Virus record (IMG/VR): IMGVR_UViG_3300045988_077516
Coordinates: 1-37,399 of that record
Origin: a virus
Length of the DNA: 37,399 nucleotides
Strand: one strand, 5' to 3'
The position numbers and the translations under genes were made by a program. Below, piece by piece: positions 26,847 through 33,854 of the stretch (position 1 is the stretch's first letter; each line of letters starts with the position of its first letter). Below the pieces are notes generated by a model. The model was not told the DNA's origin, searched no databases, and saw nothing but the letters and a program-made list of their open reading frames with translations.

Positions 26847-26901
26847 TTGAATACTTTTTCTTTTTCCGGAGATAATAACACCATGAAAATATTATTATCT
26901 C
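26847..26901. promoter_or_regulatory. Divergent overlapping promoters plus a 10-bp inverted-repeat operator between the cassette and the XRE gene
   Basis: + strand: TTGAAT (26847-52), 18-nt spacer, GATAAT (26871-76). - strand: extended -10 TGtTATTAT (complement of 26872-80). Inverted repeat GAGATAATAA (26869-78) / TTATTATCTC (26892-901). Confidence 0.5.
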
Positions 26902-27080
26902 AATTCTTGGAACAGCACCACCTGTCGATCAGGCAGGCGGCAATTATGACCGGTGTTCCCCGGTCTACGATCGGTGACATAGTGACCGGTCAGGTATGCC
27001 CTACTCTGGCAACTATGGAACAGTTGGCAGCAGGGTTGAAAACCACAATTTCAGAGTTGTATGACTCAGAATATAAGTGA
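26883..27080 (+). CDS. Small XRE-family HTH regulator (65 aa), possibly leaderless
   Basis: LSIRQAAIMTGVPRSTIGDIVTG is a classic HTH. ATG 26883 lies 7 nt after the GATAAT box. The upstream part of track ORF 26808 overlaps the divergent gene. Confidence 0.75.
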   Translation: MKILLSQFLEQHHLSIRQAAIMTGVPRSTIGDIVTGQVCPTLATMEQLAAGLKTTISELYDSEYK

Positions 27081-27090
27081 TTTTCAAAAA

Positions 27091-27124
27091 GCGTCCGGGA
27101 TTCCGGACAACGCACAACTTTTTT
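27091..27124 (+). terminator. Terminator-like hairpin after the XRE gene
   Basis: GTCCGG-GATT-CCGGAC, with a TTTTTT run about 10 nt downstream. Confidence 0.4.
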
Positions 27125-27128
27125 CCTC

Positions 27129-27245
27129 CTGAAACGTTTGTTAAGATGAAAGGAAAATTTTACTAAAACAAATGTTCGAAAACAGTTGCATCACAAATAC
27201 TTCTGTGATAATATGAAATCAAGGAATTTCGAACAAATGTTTGAA
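27129..27245. promoter_or_regulatory. Three related 18-bp operator-like sites flanking a promoter
   Basis: CTGAAACGTTTGTTAAGA (27129-46, inverted), CTAAAACAAATGTTCGAA (27163-80) and the near-palindromic TTCGAACAAATGTTTGAA (27228-45). Confidence 0.45.
27186..27214 (+). promoter_or_regulatory. Sigma-70-type promoter with extended -10
   Basis: TTGCAT, 17-nt spacer, TGaTAATAT. Confidence 0.6.
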
Positions 27246-27269
27246 AAACGTGATCGGGAGGTACATAAG

Positions 27270-27389
27270 ATGGACTACAAAAACGAGATTATAAAACTGA
27301 TTAACAAACTGAATGCTTCTGATGAAACCTTTTTGAAACAGGTTTACATAATCATTAAGAAGCACTTTGACAGAAGAGAGGGACGTTAG
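27270..27389 (+). CDS. Small ORF (39 aa) convergent with the repressor gene
   Basis: GGGAGG lies 8 nt upstream of the ATG. Translation: MDYKNEIIKLINKLNASDETFLKQVYIIIKKHFDRREGR. The longer track ORF would begin inside the -35 box. Confidence 0.5.
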   Translation: MDYKNEIIKLINKLNASDETFLKQVYIIIKKHFDRREGR

Positions 27390-27404
27390 TCCCTTTTCTT
27401 TTTT
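27379..27404 (+). terminator. Rho-independent terminator at the tail-to-tail junction with the repressor gene
   Basis: AGGGAC-GTTA-GTCCCT followed by TTTCTTTTTTG. Confidence 0.65.
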
Positions 27405-27787
27405 GCCAAATTGTCAGCCAGTTTCTCAGCCGCTTCCATAAGTACCTTCTGTGATGCGGGAGATAGTTCGCTGTACGTTTTGACTATCTCCAAAATTATA
27501 CTGTAAAAAGCGTTGTCTTTTCCTTCTTCTAACAGATCTGAAACAATACCAGCTATTTCCTCATCTTCTGAGAGTTGCTGATACATCTCTCCATCACCTG
27601 TTTTCAGCCATTCTTCACTGACATTGAACTCACGGCATATCGCCCGACTCATTTGTTCCGTGAGATTTCTCTTTTCTTTTTCAATATTGGAGATTGCCAC
27701 TTTGGTCACTCCGAGCTTATTTCCGAATTGTTCCATTGTCATTTCTAAGCTTTTTCGGATTTCTTTGACACGCTCACCTTGCGTCAT
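27386..27787 (-). CDS. CI-like repressor (XRE HTH, no S24 peptidase domain)
   Basis: ERVKEIRKSLEMTMEQFGNKLGVTKVAISNIEKEKRNLT is an HTH. GGGAGG ribosome-binding site. It is divergent from the early operon. Confidence 0.85.
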   Translation of the reverse strand: MTQGERVKEIRKSLEMTMEQFGNKLGVTKVAISNIEKEKRNLTEQMSRAICREFNVSEEWLKTGDGEMYQQLSEDEEIAGIVSDLLEEGKDNAFYSIILEIVKTYSELSPASQKVLMEAAEKLADNLAKKKRD

Positions 27788-27821
27788 TCATTCGCCTCCC
27801 TTCATTGTATTTTCTGAAATA

Positions 27822-27850
27822 AGGATAACACTGTACGAGCAAAAAGTCAA
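27822..27850 (-). promoter_or_regulatory. Leftward repressor-maintenance-type promoter (weak -10)
   Basis: On the - strand: TTGACT, 17-nt spacer, TATCCT. Confidence 0.4.
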
Positions 27851-27858
27851 CAAAAAAA

Positions 27859-27873
27859 GTTAGCAAAGCTAAC
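27859..27873. promoter_or_regulatory. Palindromic operator candidate GTTAGCAAAGCTAAC
   Basis: Perfect 6-3-6 palindrome between the divergent promoters, 9 nt upstream of the rightward -35 box. Confidence 0.5.
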
Positions 27874-27882
27874 AAAAAGCAC

Positions 27883-27911
27883 TTGACAATGTTCTCGAAG
27901 ATTACTATAAT
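27883..27911 (+). promoter_or_regulatory. Rightward early promoter (consensus)
   Basis: TTGACA, 17-nt spacer, TATAAT. Confidence 0.75.
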
Positions 27912-27956
27912 GTAATCAACGATAACGAAGCAAGCAAAACACAGGAGGTAAATAAA

Positions 27957-28076
27957 ATGTACGAAACAGTAAAAGTTGTTAAGGGTTACGAAATCAAAAG
28001 AATGAAAGGAACACGCGGAGCCTATCACGTAAACGTGCGTGAGGGGCAAAGGGTTCAGAGAGTTTCATACTTTTAG
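27957..28076 (+). CDS. First early micro-ORF (39 aa, basic)
   Basis: AGGAGG lies 8 nt upstream of the ATG. Translation: MYETVKVVKGYEIKRMKGTRGAYHVNVREGQRVQRVSYF. Not in the supplied track. Confidence 0.5.
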   Translation: MYETVKVVKGYEIKRMKGTRGAYHVNVREGQRVQRVSYF

Positions 28077-28210
28077 AACCATCAAAGCAGCAACTGAATT
28101 TATTGAAACAACTTTATAAATAAAGCCGAAACGGGGCACAGTCCCCGTCCGATCACGATGGCAACGTGGTCGCCGATGATGGTAAGCCAATACAGAAAGG
28201 AGAGAATCGA

Positions 28211-28351
28211 ATGAGAGAAACGAAAAAGAAGCTGTTGCAGGAAACAGTTACGATTCTGAAAAAGCTGGACAAAGAAAGCCTGGCAATCATCAGAAGCAAC
28301 GCAGAGATCCTGAGAGCCAGAGACACTCTCGAAGAACAGAAAGCGGGGTAA
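28211..28351 (+). CDS. Small hypothetical protein (46 aa)
   Basis: AAAGGAGAG lies upstream of ATG 28211, which is the internal Met of track ORF 28166. Confidence 0.5.
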   Translation: MRETKKKLLQETVTILKKLDKESLAIIRSNAEILRARDTLEEQKAG

Positions 28352-28436
28352 GGAAATGTTGAAACCATTAGCAATCCTGTTGTTGTTCTGGATCGTGATT
28401 CTGACACTGGATGAATAAAAAAGTGAGGTGAGCAAA

Positions 28437-28712
28437 ATGGAAGAACTTAAAAAAATGCTTCTGGAAGTACTCCAGGAGTGTAAGCAGCCAGAATTCCCGC
28501 CTGAACCGGTACCCACAAGGGTAGCCGCAAAGGTTCTGGGAGTGGAACAGAGCACAGTGATTAATCGGATGGAGTCCGGTGAGCTGGATATCGGGCTGGT
28601 ATTCAGATCGAAGCCGACCAAAAGAGGGCAAACAAGTCGAAGAAGTACATACATCAGTCCCAAAAAGTTATACGAGCTGACCGGGTTCGTATGGAAAGGA
28701 GACAAGCAATGA
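28437..28712 (+). CDS. HTH DNA-binding protein (excisionase/Cro-like)
   Basis: RVAAKVLGVEQSTVINRMESGEL is an Xis/MerR-type HTH. GTGAGGTG lies upstream of ATG 28437. Confidence 0.6.
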   Translation: MEELKKMLLEVLQECKQPEFPPEPVPTRVAAKVLGVEQSTVINRMESGELDIGLVFRSKPTKRGQTSRRSTYISPKKLYELTGFVWKGDKQ

Positions 28713-28915
28713 AAAGAAGAGAAACAGAAGTAACAGAAGAAGCGGAAGAAACAACAGGAGCGGCTGTACTCGCCCCGATTTTAGCCACAGCGGCAGCAAT
28801 ATTTGCCTTCTGGTGGCTGGGAAAGTACAGCACGATTTGTGAACGCGATATTGTAGGAACAACAATTACCGTGTGGTGTGCGGTACTGATCCGTGTGCTG
28901 ATGTGGGCAGAGTAA
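28709..28915 (+). CDS. Small membrane protein (68 aa)
   Basis: ATGA overlap with the previous stop and an AAGGAG ribosome-binding site. Two hydrophobic segments (AAVLAPILATAAAIFAFWWL and ITVWCAVLIRVLMW). Confidence 0.6.
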   Translation: MKRRETEVTEEAEETTGAAVLAPILATAAAIFAFWWLGKYSTICERDIVGTTITVWCAVLIRVLMWAE

Positions 28916-28927
28916 GGAGGAAGCAGA

Positions 28928-29365
28928 ATGAGCAAGATTATCAAGGTTAGTATGGATATGGAAGTGACCGTGCATGATTTCCCACAGGGAACGATAAGAG
29001 AGCGGAACAGACAGCTCTGTGAGCTGATCGGAAACGGATGCGAGATGATTGAGCACGTCATGCCAAGACGACTGTATAACGAATTATGGCATACGAGAGA
29101 AGTTAAATGTGAAAACAGCAAGTGTGTGGCTATGCTGGTTGACGAAGAGTTTCTGTTCAAGAATGAACTTCAGTTTAACCCGATTGGCTGCTATCTGTAC
29201 GAAACCGACAAACACGGCTCCCCAATCATGGGAAACATTTTGTTTGTAGGTGATACATATACAGGCGATGGCATTACGTTTTCAGGGATTGAGGAAGAGA
29301 CATTCAACAAATTGTATCGTCAGCTGATGGAGTTGGCAGGAAGAAGTGTGGAGGAAGAGGAATGA
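28928..29365 (+). CDS. Hypothetical protein (145 aa; I tentatively recall the DUF3846-like family)
   Basis: ORF with a GGAGGAAG ribosome-binding site. Confidence 0.6.
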   Translation: MSKIIKVSMDMEVTVHDFPQGTIRERNRQLCELIGNGCEMIEHVMPRRLYNELWHTREVKCENSKCVAMLVDEEFLFKNELQFNPIGCYLYETDKHGSPIMGNILFVGDTYTGDGITFSGIEEETFNKLYRQLMELAGRSVEEEE

Positions 29366-29649
29366 CAGCAGAAGAGAGAAGAAAGCGTATTGATGCGTTA
29401 CTGGATAAGACATTGAAGATTCATGAACAGGGAAAACATCACGTCAAAATTTCTATTTCTAATATTAGTGGAAAGACAGTCGTTTTTGTACACGCAATGA
29501 AAAATGGTTATGTTCCCGGAAGAGATTACACTTTTTCGCAAATCATTGAATCATCTGACGACAGCATTGACTTCGGCGAAGCATTGATGTTTTATGATGC
29601 CGCTAAGTATCTGGACAGCCTGATTGAAGACGAGGAGGTATCAGAATGA
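29362..29649 (+). CDS. Hypothetical protein (95 aa)
   Basis: ATGA overlap with the previous gene. Confidence 0.6.
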   Translation: MTAEERRKRIDALLDKTLKIHEQGKHHVKISISNISGKTVVFVHAMKNGYVPGRDYTFSQIIESSDDSIDFGEALMFYDAAKYLDSLIEDEEVSE

Positions 29650-29858
29650 TTGGCGTGAGCGAAGGAAAAGATCTGGAAGCCAGAGCGTTCCTGGAGCTTG
29701 CCGGAATTGATTCGAGCAAGTACAGAATCTGGCACCATAATAGTATCTATGTGCATGCAATAAATGAAGAGACGAAAGAATCGGTGATCGTTGAGAAAGC
29801 GACACTCGAGGTAGTAAAAAGTCCCGGTGCTTTGGCGGGCGATCCGGGACACAAATAA
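29646..29858 (+). CDS. Hypothetical protein (70 aa)
   Basis: ATGA overlap with the previous gene. Confidence 0.55.
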   Translation: MIGVSEGKDLEARAFLELAGIDSSKYRIWHHNSIYVHAINEETKESVIVEKATLEVVKSPGALAGDPGHK

Positions 29859-29901
29859 AAAGACAACTACAGTATAGGGCAGAGAGACTGAAAATTCAAG
29901 T

Positions 29902-30555
29902 ATGAGCTATACAATCATTGAAAATGCTGACCATGCGGCGTGGCTGGAAAGCCGCACGCTTGGGATCGGCGGTTCGGATGCGGCTGCGATATTGGGATTG
30001 AACCCATACAAGAGCAACGTGGAATTATTTGATGAGAAGACCGGGAGACGGATGCCGAAGGACATATCTGATAAGCCGTATGTGAAATATGGAACGGAAG
30101 CAGAGCCGCTGATCCGCAGACTGTTTTCGTTGGACTTTCCGGAATATCAAGTCCTGTATCACGAGAACCGCATCCTGCGGAGTGTTGAATATCCATTCAT
30201 GCAGGCCTCGCTTGACGGCGAGCTGACCGACCAGGAAGGCAGAAAAGGTATCCTGGAGATCAAGACCACGAACATCATGAACAGTGCACAGTGGGGCAAG
30301 TGGGATGACCGCATACCGGATAACTATTATATTCAGGTGCTCCACTATCTGCTGGTGACAGGTTACCAGTTTGCAGTGCTGAGGGCACACATCCGGTCGG
30401 ACTGGGAAGGAGACAGGCGGACAGCCGTCCGCCACTATTTCATTGAACGTTCTGACGTTGAAGAAGACCTTGCGATGCTCTTGCAGGAAGAAAAGAAATT
30501 TTGGCAGCAGGTAACACACAACATAAGACCGGGCAGGATACTGCCGGAGATATGA
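29902..30555 (+). CDS. YqaJ-type recombination exonuclease
   Basis: WLESRTLGIGGSDAAAILGLNPYKS and LEIKTT motifs (PD-(D/E)xK family). It is paired with RecT. Confidence 0.85.
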   Translation: MSYTIIENADHAAWLESRTLGIGGSDAAAILGLNPYKSNVELFDEKTGRRMPKDISDKPYVKYGTEAEPLIRRLFSLDFPEYQVLYHENRILRSVEYPFMQASLDGELTDQEGRKGILEIKTTNIMNSAQWGKWDDRIPDNYYIQVLHYLLVTGYQFAVLRAHIRSDWEGDRRTAVRHYFIERSDVEEDLAMLLQEEKKFWQQVTHNIRPGRILPEI

Positions 30556-30567
30556 CAGGAGGTAAAC

Positions 30568-31473
30568 ATGGAATTAAGAATCACGACCAAGATGGAGCCG
30601 GGGACGCTCCCGGAGATCCAGTGGAACAGCAGCGAGTTGAAGGAAGAGATCCAGAAGAAGGCACAGGAATATGCATCCATTGCTTATACGGATTCCCAGA
30701 CCGCAGAGATGCGTAAGGACAGGGCAACCCTGAACAGACTGGTGAAGGCGTTCGAAGAAGAACGAAAGCAGGTAAAGAAATTTTATGCGGCACCTTATGA
30801 AAAATTTGAGGAACAGGTGAAGGAAGTGCTGGAACCGGTACGCAGTGCGGTCAAAGTGATCGATGATGGGCTGTACGAGATCGAGCAGAAGTACCGCAGT
30901 GAGAAAACAGAAAAGATGCGTGAATATTATGACCTGTATGTCGGAGATCTTCGCTCTGTCATCCCGTTCGAGAAAACGGTAAAAGAAAGCATGTATAAGA
31001 AATCCATCAAGGACAAGCATCTGGAAACCAGCTACAATTCACTTTTTAACTGTATGCGTGAAGAAATGGAAGCACTCGAAGAACTCCCGGAACGTTTCCG
31101 TAATAAGGCGATCCTGAAATATATGGAAAGTTACAGCCTTTCGGAAGCACTCAGAGAGGGAAAACGCCTGGAAGAAATGGAAAAAGCCCTGGAAGAGCGA
31201 AAGAGAAAAGCAGCCGAGGAGAAAGTCAAAAAAGAAGAGGCATCCAGAAAGGCAGTACAGCAGGAAGAAACATCCGCTACTGCGGAAAACAAAGAAGACA
31301 GCAAGGCAGAAGTACCGGAAACTACGGCAGAAACACAGGAAGCAGAGAATACTACAGAAGTACAGGAAGAAATCTGGACACTTGACTTCCGTGTACGCGG
31401 CACCAAGAAACAGATCATGGATCTGAGAGAATACCTGATCCGCAACAACATTCAGTTTGGAAAGGTGGAATAA
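30568..31473 (+). CDS. DUF1351-like protein of the recombination module
   Basis: About 300 aa, charged, lying between the exonuclease and RecT genes. The N-terminal pattern EIQWNSSELKEEIQKKAQEY...EMRKDRATLNRL fits DUF1351. Confidence 0.65.
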   Translation: MELRITTKMEPGTLPEIQWNSSELKEEIQKKAQEYASIAYTDSQTAEMRKDRATLNRLVKAFEEERKQVKKFYAAPYEKFEEQVKEVLEPVRSAVKVIDDGLYEIEQKYRSEKTEKMREYYDLYVGDLRSVIPFEKTVKESMYKKSIKDKHLETSYNSLFNCMREEMEALEELPERFRNKAILKYMESYSLSEALREGKRLEEMEKALEERKRKAAEEKVKKEEASRKAVQQEETSATAENKEDSKAEVPETTAETQEAENTTEVQEEIWTLDFRVRGTKKQIMDLREYLIRNNIQFGKVE

Positions 31474-31476
31474 AAC

Positions 31477-32430
31477 ATGGCAGTAGCAAACAGTCTTGCA
31501 AACAGACAGACAAGAAGCAGCATGGCAACGTATATGTCCCAGGAAGCAGTGAGGAAGCAGATCAACAGCGTGGTCGGCGGCAAGAATGCCACCAGATTCG
31601 TCTCCAGCATCGTTTCCGCAGTACAGACAACACCGGCTTTGCAGGAATGCACGAACCAGAGTATCCTGTCAGCTGCATTACTCGGTGAAGCACTGAACCT
31701 CTCACCATCCCCACAGCTCGGACAGTTCTATATGGTTCCGTTCAAGAACAATAAAAAAGGCTGCAAGGAAGCACAGTTCCAGCTTGGGTATAAGGGTTAT
31801 ATCCAGCTGGCAGTGCGTTCCGGATACTACAAACGCCTGAACGTCATGGCGATCAAAGAAGGGGAGCTTCTCCACTACGATCCCCTGAACGAAGAAATTG
31901 AAGTGAACCTGATCGAGGATGACATCATCCGTGACGAGACACCTACAGCCGGTTATTATGCCATGTTCGAGTATGAGAACGGATTCCGAAAGACAATGTA
32001 CTGGTCGAAGAAGAAGATGCTGGCACACGCCGAAAAGTATTCCCAGGCGTTTGGAGGGAATGGCGGGGCGAGATCGCTGGAACTCCTGGAAGCCGGGCAG
32101 ATCCCGGAAAAAGACCTCTGGAAATATTCTTCTTTCTGGTTCAAGGATTTTGACAGCATGGCATTGAAGACCATGCTCCGCCAGATCATCAGCAAATGGG
32201 GCATTATGAGCATCGACCTGCAGAACGCCCTGGACAAGGACATGGCAGTGATCCACGAGGACGGAAAAGCTGAGTATGTCGATTCCGTAAAAAAGGAAGA
32301 ACCGGTGGCAGAGCAGGAATACAGAGAAGTCCCGGAAGCAAAGACGGATGTACCGAAAGCAGCAGAACCACCAAAAGAGGCAGATGCTTCGGAACAGATG
32401 AGCATGGAAGATATGTTCTTCAATAATTAA
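31477..32430 (+). CDS. recT: RecT single-strand annealing protein
   Basis: QFQLGYKGYIQLAVRSGYYK and the surrounding pattern. Confidence 0.85.
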   Translation: MAVANSLANRQTRSSMATYMSQEAVRKQINSVVGGKNATRFVSSIVSAVQTTPALQECTNQSILSAALLGEALNLSPSPQLGQFYMVPFKNNKKGCKEAQFQLGYKGYIQLAVRSGYYKRLNVMAIKEGELLHYDPLNEEIEVNLIEDDIIRDETPTAGYYAMFEYENGFRKTMYWSKKKMLAHAEKYSQAFGGNGGARSLELLEAGQIPEKDLWKYSSFWFKDFDSMALKTMLRQIISKWGIMSIDLQNALDKDMAVIHEDGKAEYVDSVKKEEPVAEQEYREVPEAKTDVPKAAEPPKEADASEQMSMEDMFFNN

Positions 32431-32488
32431 AACAGACCATCCCGTTGACCTCACCGGAATGGCCGCTTACGTAAAAAGGAAGTAGAAA

Positions 32489-32947
32489 ATGTACAGCCAG
32501 AACAATAACGAAGAACCAAAGTTATTCACGTTCACCGTACCGGGCAAGCCGCAGGGCAAAGCCCGGGCGAGAACATTTCACAACAGCAAGAGCGGCAAAA
32601 TGAGCAGCGTAACACCTGAAAAGACGGTGCTGTACGAAAACCTGATCAAGACCTGTTTCCAACAGAAATACGGACAGAAACGGTTTTCGGATGATGCGTA
32701 TGTGGTTGCTAATATCTTGGCGTATTTTGAGCCGCCTAAGAGCATCTCGAAGAAGAAAAGGGCAGAGATGCTGGAAGGGAAGATCTGGCCGGCAAAGAAG
32801 CCGGACAGTGACAACATCGCAAAGGTTGTGCTGGATGCCCTGAACGGCATCGCATACCATGATGATACACAGATCATAAAACTGAGCGTCACAAAGGCGT
32901 ACAAAGAGGAAGCGTATTTAAGCGTTACGCTGATGGAACTTAAGTAA
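32489..32947 (+). CDS. rusA: RusA-type Holliday junction resolvase
   Basis: FTVPGKPQGKARAR ... KKPDSDNIAKVVLDALNGIAYHDDTQI. Confidence 0.85.
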   Translation: MYSQNNNEEPKLFTFTVPGKPQGKARARTFHNSKSGKMSSVTPEKTVLYENLIKTCFQQKYGQKRFSDDAYVVANILAYFEPPKSISKKKRAEMLEGKIWPAKKPDSDNIAKVVLDALNGIAYHDDTQIIKLSVTKAYKEEAYLSVTLMELK

Positions 32948-32963
32948 TATACAGGAAAGGCAG

Positions 32964-33845
32964 GTGTCCGGCATGGGGCGTGGTGCTCCTAACAAAAAAG
33001 GACTCAGTTACTTTCCGAAGATGATTGATTTTTACGAAGACGATAAGGTCTTCGATCTCCTGGACCGATATGGTCCACTGGGAGTGACTGTATATGACTG
33101 CATTCTGTGCATCGTATACAAGCAAGGTTACTACGCAGAGATCTCACTTGATAAGCTATCAAGAATGATCACAAGGATGATCGGCAACAAGTGGGTGAAG
33201 GGGCAAAAAGCTGTCGTGCAAGTGGTGCACTTCTGCTCTGAGATAGGTCTCATTGATGATGACCTCATGACGGAAAACATCATCACCTCTGTTGGGATTC
33301 AGCGTCGTTATTACGAGATAGCAGTAAAACGCATGAAGAGACAGCTCTATAGCGATAAGTATTGGCTCCTCAGAAACGGGGAAGAAGAGGAGCCTTTCTT
33401 AAATGCACCCAAAAATCGAATTACTTCGGAAGAAAATCGAATTACTTCGGAAGAAAATAAAAATAGTTCCGAAGAAAGTCCTATAGAAATAAAAGAAAAA
33501 AGAAATATAGATATAGATACGGCTCCGCCGGACATTACTTTCGATGATCCAGAACTTGAGAGAGCTTTTCAGGGATACCTGAGCAGTCAAGAAAAAAACG
33601 GCAGGGAGTTATCTGATTACCAGGTACGGTTGCTCAGAAAGAAGCTCGGAAGTCTTAGTGATGATATGGCAGAGCAGCTGATGATAGTGGAAGAAGCTAC
33701 AGTGCAAGGATGGAAGAGTTTTTACCCGGTCAAGAAGCAGCCAGCAGCCAAGAAGAAGGAAAAGAAAACCGTAAAGAATACATTCAATGCATTTCCGCAA
33801 AGGGACTATGATTTCGATGCACTGGAAAGAACATTGAACGAGTAA
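32964..33845 (+). CDS. Replisome organiser / replication initiation protein (DUF4373, Lin1244-like N-terminus)
   Basis: LSYFPKMIDFYEDDKVFDLLDRYGPLGVTVYDCILCIVYKQGYY. The start is either GTG 32964 or ATG 32973. Confidence 0.7.
   Translation: MSGMGRGAPNKKGLSYFPKMIDFYEDDKVFDLLDRYGPLGVTVYDCILCIVYKQGYYAEISLDKLSRMITRMIGNKWVKGQKAVVQVVHFCSEIGLIDDDLMTENIITSVGIQRRYYEIAVKRMKRQLYSDKYWLLRNGEEEEPFLNAPKNRITSEENRITSEENKNSSEESPIEIKEKRNIDIDTAPPDITFDDPELERAFQGYLSSQEKNGRELSDYQVRLLRKKLGSLSDDMAEQLMIVEEATVQGWKSFYPVKKQPAAKKKEKKTVKNTFNAFPQRDYDFDALERTLNE
33413..33475 (+). repeat. Tandem 21-bp iterons (two perfect copies and one degenerate copy) inside the replisome organiser gene; putative origin
   Basis: AAATCGAATTACTTCGGAAGA occurs at 33413-33433 and 33434-33454, with a degenerate copy at 33455-33475. 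An A/T-rich tract follows (33481-33520). Confidence 0.6.
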
Positions 33846-33854
33846 GGAGGCAAT

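Noticed and set aside
26808-26882. Longer XRE ORF starting at 26808, and longer small ORF starting at 27186
   Set aside because: The 26808 start lies inside the divergent TPR-like gene and adds a hydrophobic non-HTH leader. The 27186 TTG is the -35 box of the promoter. Internal ATGs with better context (26883 and 27270) are preferred.
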